Shown piece after piece: positions 34,028 to 43,953 of a DNA stretch of 64,000 bases. Under the pieces are notes generated by a model. It worked only from the letters and a program-made list of their open reading frames with translations, made no database searches and was not told the DNA's origin. Source of the DNA: an uncultured Acidobacteriota bacterium (GTDB taxonomy: Bacteria > Acidobacteriota > Vicinamibacteria > Vicinamibacterales > 2-12-FULL-66-21); assembly GCA_963750475.1 (NCBI GenBank), contig CAVVQQ010000003.1, forward strand, positions 413,698 through 477,697, given 5' to 3'. The stretch's first letter is position 1. Each line of letters opens with the position of its first letter. Made by a program: the position numbers and the translations under genes.

Positions 34028-35271
34028 TCGCCGACCCGGCGCTCGACATCGCGGCGCTCGAGCGCCGCCGCCGGCTCTCGTTCAACGCCGCCGTCATCGC
34101 CCTCGCCATTGCGATTGGCGGATTCCCCATGGGTCTGGCGATCGGCGGCTCCGATCGCACCGACACCTTCGCCGGGGCTCTGATCCTCGCCGCGATCGGC
34201 GGCCTCGTCGCCTGCCCGTGGATCGTCAGCGCCTGGCAGAGTTTCATGCGGCGCCGGATGATCGCCGCCGTCGTCGTCGGCCGGTCCGACATCAGGCACA
34301 TCGACGGCGAGCATGATCTGGTCGAGCGCCGGGAGGCACTCGACTCCGAGGCGTTCAGTCTGGCGGCGTTTCGCGACAGCGGGCTGGTCGAACCGTTTGC
34401 CTCAGGAGGCGTGCACCACATCCTCATCGGCACAGCCCAGGGGGTCCCGTTTGCCATCGCCGAGATCGCGCTGCTGGACGCCAGCGGCTACTGCATATTC
34501 GGCGGCGCGCTCGCCAGCTTCAAGCTCGCCCGCCCGCGCCCGGGCCTGACGATCGTCGCGCGGGACCGCGGTCTGCTCGGTAATCTGCTGGCCGGCGCCG
34601 GCACCGTCGTCGAGCGGCTGCCACTCGAGGACCCCTCGTTCGAAGGGGTGTTCGAGGTCTACGGCACCGATCAGGTCGGGGGCCGCGTCGTCCTGACGAC
34701 GACGATGCTCGAGCGTCTGAAGAGTCTGGACGGGGTCACGCAGGCGCGTGGCTTCGCGTGCGCATTCCTGGAGGATCATCTGCTCCTGGCGTTTCCAGGC
34801 ATGAGCTGGCGGTGCCCCCCGTGGCGCATCCTGAAGCCTGTCGGCGTCTGGCTGCAGGGCTACCGGGCGCGTCTCGCCGCCCTCGTCGACCTGCCGGCGG
34901 GGATCGTCCACACGTTGAATCTCGAGGCACCGTCGAACGACTGGCCAGCGGTGGCGCCCCCCCGCCGCCCTTCCGTGCCGATCGACAACGCCTCGGGGCA
35001 GCCGTTCTCGTCCGCGCTGTGGCGGGTCGTCGGCGAAGGAGGAATGCCGCTCATCAGCGTGGCGTCGGGCGCGATCTTCGGCGGGGTCGCGCTCGTCGGC
35101 GCCTGGTACGGCATCAAGGAAGGTTACTCGGACAACCTCTTCTGGTACTTCTGGGGGATGATCGCGGCCGGCCTCGCCTACGCCGCATTCGCGATCGCCG
35201 GCGGTACCCGGGACATCGTCAAGCTGGCGTGGCGCTGGAACGCGCCACTGCGCAGTTTGAAGCGGCCGTAG
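34024..35271 (+). CDS. DUF3137-like membrane protein
   Basis: ATGA-coupled to lemA; LEDPSFEGVFEVYGTDQV..R.VLT..MLERL motif; TM pairs at both ends. Confidence 0.75.
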   Translation: MIADPALDIAALERRRRLSFNAAVIALAIAIGGFPMGLAIGGSDRTDTFAGALILAAIGGLVACPWIVSAWQSFMRRRMIAAVVVGRSDIRHIDGEHDLVERREALDSEAFSLAAFRDSGLVEPFASGGVHHILIGTAQGVPFAIAEIALLDASGYCIFGGALASFKLARPRPGLTIVARDRGLLGNLLAGAGTVVERLPLEDPSFEGVFEVYGTDQVGGRVVLTTTMLERLKSLDGVTQARGFACAFLEDHLLLAFPGMSWRCPPWRILKPVGVWLQGYRARLAALVDLPAGIVHTLNLEAPSNDWPAVAPPRRPSVPIDNASGQPFSSALWRVVGEGGMPLISVASGAIFGGVALVGAWYGIKEGYSDNLFWYFWGMIAAGLAYAAFAIAGGTRDIVKLAWRWNAPLRSLKRP

Positions 35272-35336
35272 CCGCACCAGGCATCGTAATATCCTGCGGC
35301 GTGGCCGCGGGTGGAACCCGAAGCCGCGGCATACCC

Positions 35337-37403
35337 ATGAAGAACCTGCTTCGCTGGAGTCTCCTCCTCGCGCCGTTGACCTTCGGCGCCGGTCAGGCTG
35401 CCGGTCAGGCCGACACTCAGGCTGCCAGTCAGGCCGAGGTGCTGACCCGGCTGCCCTACAATCGTCCGGGTGCTCTGGCCGATCTGGGTGTCGGGCTGTG
35501 GGCCTGGCCGCTGCCGATCGACTACAACCACGACGGTTTGATGGATCTGGTGGTCGTCTGCACCGACAAGCCCCACAACGGCACCTGGTTCTTCGAGAAC
35601 ACCGGCGAGTTCGACACCGTGTCGAAGACGCCGATCTTCAAGGCGGCCGTCCTGATTGGCGACTCCGCACCGTCGGTGGCGATTTCGTACGTCACCGGCG
35701 AGCTGATGGTCACCGCGGCGGCGTCCACCCGGCAGGGAGACCTGTACAACTTCCGGGGCAACGTCTATCCCGACTTTCTCCGCTCACAATTCGCCCGGCC
35801 GGAACAGCTGGCTGTGCCGGAGCGGATCCACACGCAGCCGGGCATGATCCGGCAGAACCAGTGGAAGCTGGTGGACTACGACGGCGACGGCGCGCTCGAC
35901 GTGTCCCTGGGGATCGATTTCTGGGGCGACTTCGGCGCGCTGAGCGGCGGCGAGGCCGCCTTCAATGCCCAGGGGGAGTGGACGCGCGGCCGGCTGCGCG
36001 GCTACGTCTACATTCTGCGCAATACCGGCACGACCGGGAAACCGGTCTACGCCGCACCCGAGAAAATCATCGCCGGCGGCGAGCCGGTCGATACCTACGG
36101 CATGCCATCGCCGAGCTGGGGGGATTTCGACGGCGACGGCGACCTCGACCTGTTGTGCGGCGAGTTCCGCGACGGCTTCACCTACTACCAGAACATCGGA
36201 ACGCGGACGAAACCAGTCTATGCGGCGGGGCGGCGGCTGACGACCGCCGGCGTGCCGCTGGTGATGGATCTCTGCATGATTACGCCGACCGCTGTCGATT
36301 TCGACGGCGACGGCGATCTGGACCTCGTCGTCGGCGACGAGGATGGCCGCGTCGCTCTGGTCGAGCACACCGGCGCGGTCGTCGACGGCCTGCCGCAGTT
36401 CCTGCCGCCGCGATACTTCCGGCAGCAGGCCGCCGACGTCAAGTTCGGCGCCCTCGCGACGCCGTACGCGTATGACTGGGACGGCGACGGCGACGTCGAT
36501 CTGATCAGCGGGGACTCGGCCGGCTACGTCGCCTTCATCGAAAATCTCGGCGGCACACCGACCCGCTGGGCGGCGCCGCGGTACCTGAGTGCTGGCGGCA
36601 CGGTGATTCGCGAGATGGCCGGACCCAATGGCTCCATCCAGGGTCCGCCGGAGGCCAAGTGGGGCTACTCCGTGCTCAGTGTCGCCGACTGGGACGGTGA
36701 CGGGCTTCCCGACATCATGACCAACGGCATCTGGGGCAGGGTCGGGTGGTACAGGAACATCGGCTCCCGCACGGCGCCGCGGCTGGCCGCGCGGCAGCCC
36801 GTCGAGCTCGCACCCGGATTGACCTCGCGGAAGCCGGCCTGGAACTGGTGGAATCCGGCGGGCCGCGAGCTCGTGTCGCAGTGGCGGACCACTCCCCAGA
36901 TGATCGACTGGAATCACGACGGACTGATGGATCTCGTCATGTCCGACGCCGAGGGCTACCTCGCCCTTTACGAGCGATCGCGCGTCGCCGACGGCACGCT
37001 GACGCTGTCCGCCCCGCAGCGGGTCTTCTGGAGCGAGGGAGCAAGCGTGTTCGACGGCAACGGCCGCCCGCGGAACCAGACGTCCGGGCTGTTGCGGCTC
37101 AACGACGGCGAGTTCGGCGGCAGCGGACGGCGGACCTTCTGCCTCGTCGACTGGGATGGTGACGGGCAAATCGACATCCTGATGAACAGCGCCCCCAACG
37201 TCAACGTCTTCCACGGCCTTGGCCGGGACGCGCAAGGCCGGTGGCGATTCAGGGACGACGGTCCCGTCAGCACGCACGTGCTCGCCGGACATGCCACCAG
37301 GCCGACCACCGCGGACTGGAATGGCGACGGCGTTCCCGAGCTGCTCATCGGCGCCGAAGACGGCTACTTCTATCAGGTCGCGAACCCACGATCGAAGAGG
37401 TAG
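35337..37403 (+). CDS. Secreted FG-GAP/VCBS repeat beta-propeller protein
   Basis: Signal peptide and about nine D(W/F/Y)(D/N)GDG.DL Ca-binding repeats; an alternative in-frame GTG start exists at 35301. Confidence 0.88.
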   Translation: MKNLLRWSLLLAPLTFGAGQAAGQADTQAASQAEVLTRLPYNRPGALADLGVGLWAWPLPIDYNHDGLMDLVVVCTDKPHNGTWFFENTGEFDTVSKTPIFKAAVLIGDSAPSVAISYVTGELMVTAAASTRQGDLYNFRGNVYPDFLRSQFARPEQLAVPERIHTQPGMIRQNQWKLVDYDGDGALDVSLGIDFWGDFGALSGGEAAFNAQGEWTRGRLRGYVYILRNTGTTGKPVYAAPEKIIAGGEPVDTYGMPSPSWGDFDGDGDLDLLCGEFRDGFTYYQNIGTRTKPVYAAGRRLTTAGVPLVMDLCMITPTAVDFDGDGDLDLVVGDEDGRVALVEHTGAVVDGLPQFLPPRYFRQQAADVKFGALATPYAYDWDGDGDVDLISGDSAGYVAFIENLGGTPTRWAAPRYLSAGGTVIREMAGPNGSIQGPPEAKWGYSVLSVADWDGDGLPDIMTNGIWGRVGWYRNIGSRTAPRLAARQPVELAPGLTSRKPAWNWWNPAGRELVSQWRTTPQMIDWNHDGLMDLVMSDAEGYLALYERSRVADGTLTLSAPQRVFWSEGASVFDGNGRPRNQTSGLLRLNDGEFGGSGRRTFCLVDWDGDGQIDILMNSAPNVNVFHGLGRDAQGRWRFRDDGPVSTHVLAGHATRPTTADWNGDGVPELLIGAEDGYFYQVANPRSKR

Positions 37404-37426
37404 CCCCGGACCCCGACGAAACGGCT

Positions 37427-37457
37427 GGCTTCGGGGAGGCGCGCCGCTCCCGGAGCC
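37427..37457. terminator. Possible terminator hairpin
   Basis: GGCTTCGGGGAG...CTCCCGGAGCC imperfect stem 24 nt after the stop; no U tract. Confidence 0.35.
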
Positions 37458-37520
37458 GGTGAGCATCTCGTGGGGTAGTATTCGGTAACCAGCCCTGGTC
37501 AACGCGCGGAGCACCTTCCC

Positions 37521-38316
37521 ATGATCCAAGTCCGGAACCTCACCAAGACCTTCGGCGAGGTCGAAGCCGTGCGCGACATCTCCTTCGACGTCGCCGCGCG
37601 GCGAAATCTTCGCCTTTCTCGGTCCCAACGGCGCCGGCAAGACCACCACCATCAAGATGCTGACGACGCTGCTGCGGCCGACCACCGGCACGATCCGGCT
37701 CGACGGGCTCGACCCGGTGGCGCAGGCAGAACGAGGTCCGCCAGCGCTTCGGCATCGTCTTCCAGGACCCGAGCCTCGACGGCGAGCTGACCGCCTGGGA
37801 GAACATGCAGCTGCACGGCGTGCTCTACCACGTGCCGCGCGCAGGTCGCGGCTCGACGCGCGCCGAGAGCGCTGCTGAAACTGTTCGAGCTGTGGGATCG
37901 CCGCGACAGCCTCGTCAAGCAGTTCTCCGGCGGCATGACGCCGGCGGCTGGAGATCGCGCGCGGCTTCCTGCACACCCCGAAGATCCTCTTTCTCGACGA
38001 GCCGACGCTCGGGCTCGATCCGCAGAGCCGCAACCAGCTGTGGACGCACGTCAAGCACCTCAACGAGACCGAGCGGCACCACCGTGTTCCTGACGACGCA
38101 TTACATGGAGGAGGCGGACCGGGTCGCCCAGCGGGTCGGCGTCATCGATCACGGCCGCATCGTCGCGCAGGGAACGTCCGAGGAGCTGCAGGAAACAGAC
38201 CGGCACCGATTCGCTGGAGCAGGCGTTCCTGGCCCTGACCGGCACGTCGATCCGCGACGAGAAGGCGGTGGCGGGCGATCAGCTGCGCGCAGTTCGCGAA
38301 GATGTGGAGGCGGTAG
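37521..38316 (+). CDS. ABC-2 (DrrA-like) transporter ATP-binding protein (frameshifts)
   Basis: GPNGAGKTT Walker [29 protein letters not shown] across frames. Confidence 0.9.
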
Positions 38317-38318
38317 CG

Positions 38319-39062
38319 ATGAGCGCGATCTTCATTCTCTGGCTGCGCGAGCTGAAGCGCTACTCGCGGTCGCGCGCCCAGATCGCCGCGTCGCTCGGCC
38401 AGCCGACGCTCTACCTGGTCGCGCTCGGCTTCGGCCTCGGGCCGACGTTCCAGCGGGCCGGGCAGGGCAGCTACCTCCAGTTCCTCGCCCCCGGCGTCAT
38501 CGGCATGACGATCCTGTTCACGTCGATCTTCTCGGGCATCGGCCTGCTGTTCGATCGGCAGTTCGGCTTCCTGAAGGAAACGCTGGTCGCGCCGGTGCCG
38601 CGGCTGCACATCATGATCGGCCGCACGCTCGGCGGGGCGACGGTCGCGACGCTGCAGGGGACGCTGATGCTGATCGTCTGCCTGATCGCCGGGTTCCGGC
38701 CGACCGGGCTGACGGCGCTGCTGGCGCCGCTCTTCATGGTGCTGATCGCGGTGGTGTTCTGCGCGCTCGGCACGGCGATCGGGTCGCTGCTCGAGGACAT
38801 GCAGGGCTTCCAGCTGGTGATGAACTTCCTGGTGATGCCGATCTTCTTCCTGTCGGGCGCGCTGTTTCCCCTGACCAACCTGCCGAAGGTGCTGACCGTG
38901 CTGACCCGCCTCGACCCGCTGTCCTACGGCGTCGACGCGCTGCGCGGCGCGCTGATCTCGAGCTCCCACTTCGGGCTCGCCACCAACGCCGCCGTCTTAT
39001 GCGCCGTCGGCGCGGCGTTCCTGTGGCTCGGCGCGCACTTCTTCTCGCGGATTCAGATCTGA
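38319..39062 (+). CDS. ABC-2 transporter permease
   Basis: Six TM segments; YLQFLAPG, DRQFGFLKETLVAP, FLSGALFP, PLSYGVDALR. Confidence 0.92.
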   Translation: MSAIFILWLRELKRYSRSRAQIAASLGQPTLYLVALGFGLGPTFQRAGQGSYLQFLAPGVIGMTILFTSIFSGIGLLFDRQFGFLKETLVAPVPRLHIMIGRTLGGATVATLQGTLMLIVCLIAGFRPTGLTALLAPLFMVLIAVVFCALGTAIGSLLEDMQGFQLVMNFLVMPIFFLSGALFPLTNLPKVLTVLTRLDPLSYGVDALRGALISSSHFGLATNAAVLCAVGAAFLWLGAHFFSRIQI

Positions 39063-39319
39063 GAGAGCGGTATTCAGCGTGTCCGCCATGTCCCCGAACG
39101 CTTGGCCGATGCCGTTCATGCGCCTCCCGATGTGATCCGCCGGCGCATCGCTGCCGTGGTAAGGTCATTTGTACTCCAAATAACCGGCGACAAGAGGCGG
39201 GCTTGGGTCACCGCCACTTCTCGTGTCGGACCTCATCCGGTGTTCAGCCCGATTGAGGCGCGTAGCGCCGGACGGCCGCACCGGAATGGCTCTGGCATGA
39301 AGAAAAGGGGAGTTTGCAC

Positions 39320-42300
39320 ATGAGTCGAGCGGGGCCGTCCGGCTTCCGTCTTTGTGCTGTCGCGTTCGCCATGGTTGCCGCCCTTGGCGGCACGGCCGTC
39401 TCGACCTCCGCAGCCGACCGCCTGTGCGACGCCTCATTCGAGGACTGCCGCTCGATCCTCATCGACCTCATCCGTAACGAGACCAGCCGGATCGATGTCG
39501 CATTCTGGTTCATGAGCGATGCCCGGGTACTCCAACGAGATCCTCAAGCGCTGGCAGGCCGGCGTCGCCGTCCGGGTGCTCGTCGACACGCGCGCCAACG
39601 ACGCCCACCCGGACAATGCGGCGATTCTCGCCCAGCTGAAGGATGCCGGCATCCCGATGCGGCACAAGACCAGCAGCGGGATTCTGCACCGGAAGACGAT
39701 GCTGTTCGACGCGCAGAACGTCCTCCAGTTCAGCGGTGCGAACTTCAGTCCGTACACCTTCGCGCCGATCGATCCGTATGTCAACTACGAAGACGAGGTC
39801 ATCCTCTTCCTCGACGGCGCCGAGAGTCCCACGGTCGTGAACAGCTTCCGGACGGCGTTCGAGGACCTCTGGACCGATACCAGCCGCTACAGCAACTATG
39901 CGAACATCACCGGCCCGTTGCTGAGGCTGGACGCGGTCTACGAGAAGGATCCGGAGCTGAACTTCCCGGCCGCCGAGAGCTACCGCAACCGCGCGATCGC
40001 CGCCTACGATGCCGAGACCATCCGGATCGACGTCTCGATGTTCCGCATCACGGACCGGACGCACACCGACGCGATCATCCGCGCGGTCAATCGCGGCATT
40101 CCCGTGCGCCTCCTCACCGACGAGACCGAGTACCGCAACGACCAGCGCCTCTGGCATGCCTGGAACGTCGATCGCATGTACATGGCCGGAGAAGTGGCCC
40201 GTGCCCGCGGTCTGCCCGGCATCGACCTCCATTTCGATGCGCATCAGAACGTGATGCACCAGAAGACGGTCCTGCTCTACAGCCAGGGGCTGTCGATTTT
40301 CGGGTCGTCGAACTGGACCAGCCCGTCGGCGGGAGGCTCGTCGGGCAGCCAGGACGAGAACAACTACTTCACGACCCGGGTGCCGTTCTTCAACTGGTTC
40401 GTCGACCAGTTCGAGCGGAAATGGAACAACACGAACCCGGTCGGGGTCATCGAGAGCAAGCCGTTCGTGCCGCTGCGCCCGGACAAGGCCGCGGTGGTGT
40501 CGCCGGCGGATCTGGCCGCCGGGCTGGGGACCAGCGTCGATCTGACATGGTACGGCGGACCGTGGGCGCACCGTTACGACATCTATCTCGGGACCGACCC
40601 GGCCGCCCTGGCGCCGGTCGCGGTCGACCTCAGCCTCGGTCCCAGCGGGAGCGCCGCCGCCTACCAGCGATTCACCGTCAACGGCCTGAGCGGCAGCACG
40701 ACCTACTACTGGTCGATCGTCAGCAAGACGATGGCGCGCGTCGCGCGCTCGTCCAGCGTCTGGAGCTTCACGACCGCCGATGCCGGACCGGCGCCGCCAT
40801 CACCGCTGCCCGCGCCCTGGCAGAGCCTGGACATCGGTACGACGACCGCCGGCAGCGCCGAAGCCGGCGGCGGTGTCTACACCGTCCGCGGCGCCGGCAG
40901 CGACATCTGGGACACCGCCGACGCGTTCCACTTTGTCTATCGGACGCTCACTGGGGACGGCACCGTGACCGCCCGGGTCGCGTCCGAGGACAACACGGCG
41001 TCCTGGGCGAAAGCCGGGGTCATGATGCGCGAGAGCCTGAACGACGACGCTACCTATGCGGCGGTCCTCGTCACGCCCGGCAAGGGCCTGGTCACCCAGC
41101 GGCGTACGCTCACGGCCGACGTGTCGACCAGCACCGCGGCCGGCGGCGGCGCCGCCCCGTACTGGGTCCGGCTGGTTCGCCAGGGCAGCACGTTCAGCGG
41201 CTTCGTGTCCGCCGACGGCGCGGCATGGACGTTCGTCGGAGCGGAGACGATTCCGATGGCGGCCGGCATCTACGTCGGGCTGCCCGTCTCGTCGCACCGG
41301 ACCGGCGTCCTCAATACCACGACCTTCGACAACGTCGTCGTCACCAGCAGCGCCGACGTCAGCGATACGACGGCGCCGGCGGCGGCGATCACGCAGCCGG
41401 CCGACGGCGACACGGTTGCGGGCACGGCGGTGATTGTCGCCGACGCCAGCGACGACGTCGGCGTGGAGCGCGTCGAGTTCAGGGTGGACGGTCTGCTGGC
41501 CGCCACCGACACGACGGCGCCGTACGAGTTCGCGTGGAATACGTCGACGGCGGCGGACGGCAGCCATACGCTGGAGGCGCGCGCCTTTGACGCCGCGGGC
41601 AACGCCGGGTCGTCGGCCCCCGTCGTGGTCACCGTCGCCAATGGCGGGACGATCGCCGCGCTGCCCGCACCCTGGACCGGCGCGGATGTCGGCAGTGTCG
41701 GCACGCCGGGAACAGCCGGTGAAGATGGCGGCACCTTCAGCGTGCGCGGTTCCGGCGCGGACGTCTGGGGGACAGCCGACGCCTTCCACTTCGTCTACCA
41801 GCCGCTCGAGGGAAACGGCCAGATCGTCGCCCGGGTCGCCAGCGTTCAGCCGGTGGCGGCGTGGACCAAGGCCGGCGTCATGATGCGCGAGTCGCTGAAC
41901 GCGGGCGCGCCCCATGCCTTCATGGTCGTCTCTTCCGGCAAGGGCCTGGCGTTCCAGCGGCGCACCGCTGCCGGCGGCGTCAGCACGAACACCTCCGGCG
42001 GCGCATGGACGGCGCCGTATTTCGTGAAGCTCGCCCGCGCGGGTGACACGATCACCGCCTCGATTTCCGGGGATGGCGCCACCTGGACGGTCGTCGGCCG
42101 CGACACGATACCGATGGCGGCATCGATGCTCGTCGGTCTTGCCGTCTCGAGTCATGACAACGGTGCGGCGGCCACCGCCGCCTTCGATGGCGTCGCCGTG
42201 ACGAGCGGCGGCGATGCGACGGCACCGTCGGTCGCGGTCACTCAACCCGCCGGCGGCGGGACGATTGCCGGCACGGCAACCGTCGCAGCTGACGCCAGCG

Positions 42301-43070
42301 ACGACGTCGGGGTGGAGCGGGTCGAGCTCAGGATCGACGGCGTACTGTTCGCCACCGACCCGGCCGCACCGTACGACTTCCTCTGGGACACGTCGACGGT
42401 CGCCGACGGCAGCCATGTGCTGGAAGCGCGCGCCTACGATGCCGCGGGCAACACCGCCTCGTCGCCCGCCATCGTCGTGAGCGTGGCCAACGGCGCGGCC
42501 GCCGCGTTGCCCGCCCCCTGGACCGAGGCGGACGTCGGGAGCGTCGGCCTGCCGGGCGCCGCCAGCGCAGCCGGCGGAACGTTCACGGTGGACGGGGCCG
42601 GCGCCGACATCTGGGGAACGGCTGACGCTTTTCACTTCGTCTATCAGCCGCTGATCGGCGACGGACAGGTCGTCGCGCGCGTGGCAACGGTCGAGGGGGC
42701 CGAAGCCTGGACCAAGGCGGGCGTCATGATCCGGGAGGCGCTCGACGGCGGCTCTCGACACGCGCTGATGCTCGTCTCGCCGGGCAAGGGGCTCGCCTTC
42801 CAGCGACGCACTGCGCCCGGCAGCGTCAGCACGAACACCTCCGGCGGCGCCGGAACCGCCCCCGCGTGGATCAAGCTGGTGCGCGCCGGAGAGATCGTCA
42901 GCGCATATCGCTCGGCGGACGGCGCTGCCTGGACGTTCGTCGGCAGCGACACCATCCGCATGGCCCGCCCCGTTCTGGCCGGCGTCGTCGTCAGCAGCCA
43001 CCATGCCGGCACGCTGGCGAGGGGAACGTTCGAGAGCGCCGCCGTCGAAGCGGCGCCGCCGGCGCCGTAG
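39320..43070 (+). CDS. Secreted phospholipase D-superfamily protein with Ig-like and ConA-like (DUF1349-type) repeats (one frameshift ~39525)
   Basis: Signal peptide; HRKTMLFD..SGANF and HQKTVLLY..GSSNWT; three copies of PW...D.G...GAG.DIWGTADAFHFVY...WAKAGVM.RE; two Ig-like ASDDVGVERVE...DG repeats. Confidence 0.85.
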
Positions 43071-43116
43071 GTCGTGCACCGGTCCTGACGGAACGTCGGT
43101 CGCGGCGGCATCGCCG

Positions 43117-43953
43117 CTAACGGGAGCGCGCCGCGCCCGGGTCCCCCGTCGGCGGCGGGGCGTGATCGGTCGCCGCCGGCGGGCCGAGCAGTTCGGTGAG
43201 GATCGGCTTCAGGCCGTCAGCCCACACCTGGTAGCCCTGCACCGTCGGATGCAGGTGGTCGCGATCGTTCATCATGCCCGGGAACAGCCGGCCGTCCGTG
43301 CCGGCCAGCTTGTCGTTGACGTTCAGATACCGCACCGTCCGCCCGTCGGCCAGGCGCGCCAGGCTGGCGTTGACCTGGTCGATCTCGGGCATCACCGCCG
43401 GGTTGTCGTTGCGCGGAAAGATCGCCGTCAGCACGATAGTGGCGCGCGGCGCCTTCTGCCGGCAGGTCGCGACAATCGCGGCGACGCCGCGCATGATCTC
43501 GGCCGGCTTGCCGGGTCCACCCGGCTGGGCGCCGATGTTGTTGGTGCCCGCCAGGATGACGATCACCTTCGGATTGACGTCGTCCAGCTCCCCGTGCTCG
43601 AGCCGCCACAGGATGTTCTCGGTGCGGTCGGCTCCCCAGCCGAAGTCGGCGGCGTTCCAGCCGAAGAAGTTGCGGCGCCAGTTCTCGAGGAGCGCGGGAT
43701 AGTCGGTGGCCCCCCAGCGGCGCGTGATTGAATCGCCGAGGAAGTAAAGGTCGATGCCTCCCGCCCGCGCTTTGTCGAGCAGCTGCGCGTGGGCGGTCAG
43801 CGAATTCTGATCCGTGCGCGGGGCGGGACGATCGGCCGGCGCTCGGTCGGGAGTTCCCTGCGCCGCGCCGCCAGCCGGCAGCAACGCCATGACGGCGGCG
43901 CATGTCAGGAGCCATGAGGCCCGGCGGCACCCGCCCGACCGGCCTCCTCTCAC
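43117..43953 (-). CDS. SGNH/GDSL esterase (PAF-acetylhydrolase-like)
   Basis: FLGDSIT, FGWGAD, LAGTNN and DHLHP blocks; signal peptide. Confidence 0.92.
   Translation of the reverse strand: MRGGRSGGCRRASWLLTCAAVMALLPAGGAAQGTPDRAPADRPAPRTDQNSLTAHAQLLDKARAGGIDLYFLGDSITRRWGATDYPALLENWRRNFFGWNAADFGWGADRTENILWRLEHGELDDVNPKVIVILAGTNNIGAQPGGPGKPAEIMRGVAAIVATCRQKAPRATIVLTAIFPRNDNPAVMPEIDQVNASLARLADGRTVRYLNVNDKLAGTDGRLFPGMMNDRDHLHPTVQGYQVWADGLKPILTELLGPPAATDHAPPPTGDPGAARSR

Noticed and set aside
40800-43050. Long direct repeats as a CRISPR array or diversity-generating template/variable repeats
   Set aside because: They are in-frame protein domain duplications with codon-level divergence; there are no spacers, cas genes or reverse transcriptase in the window
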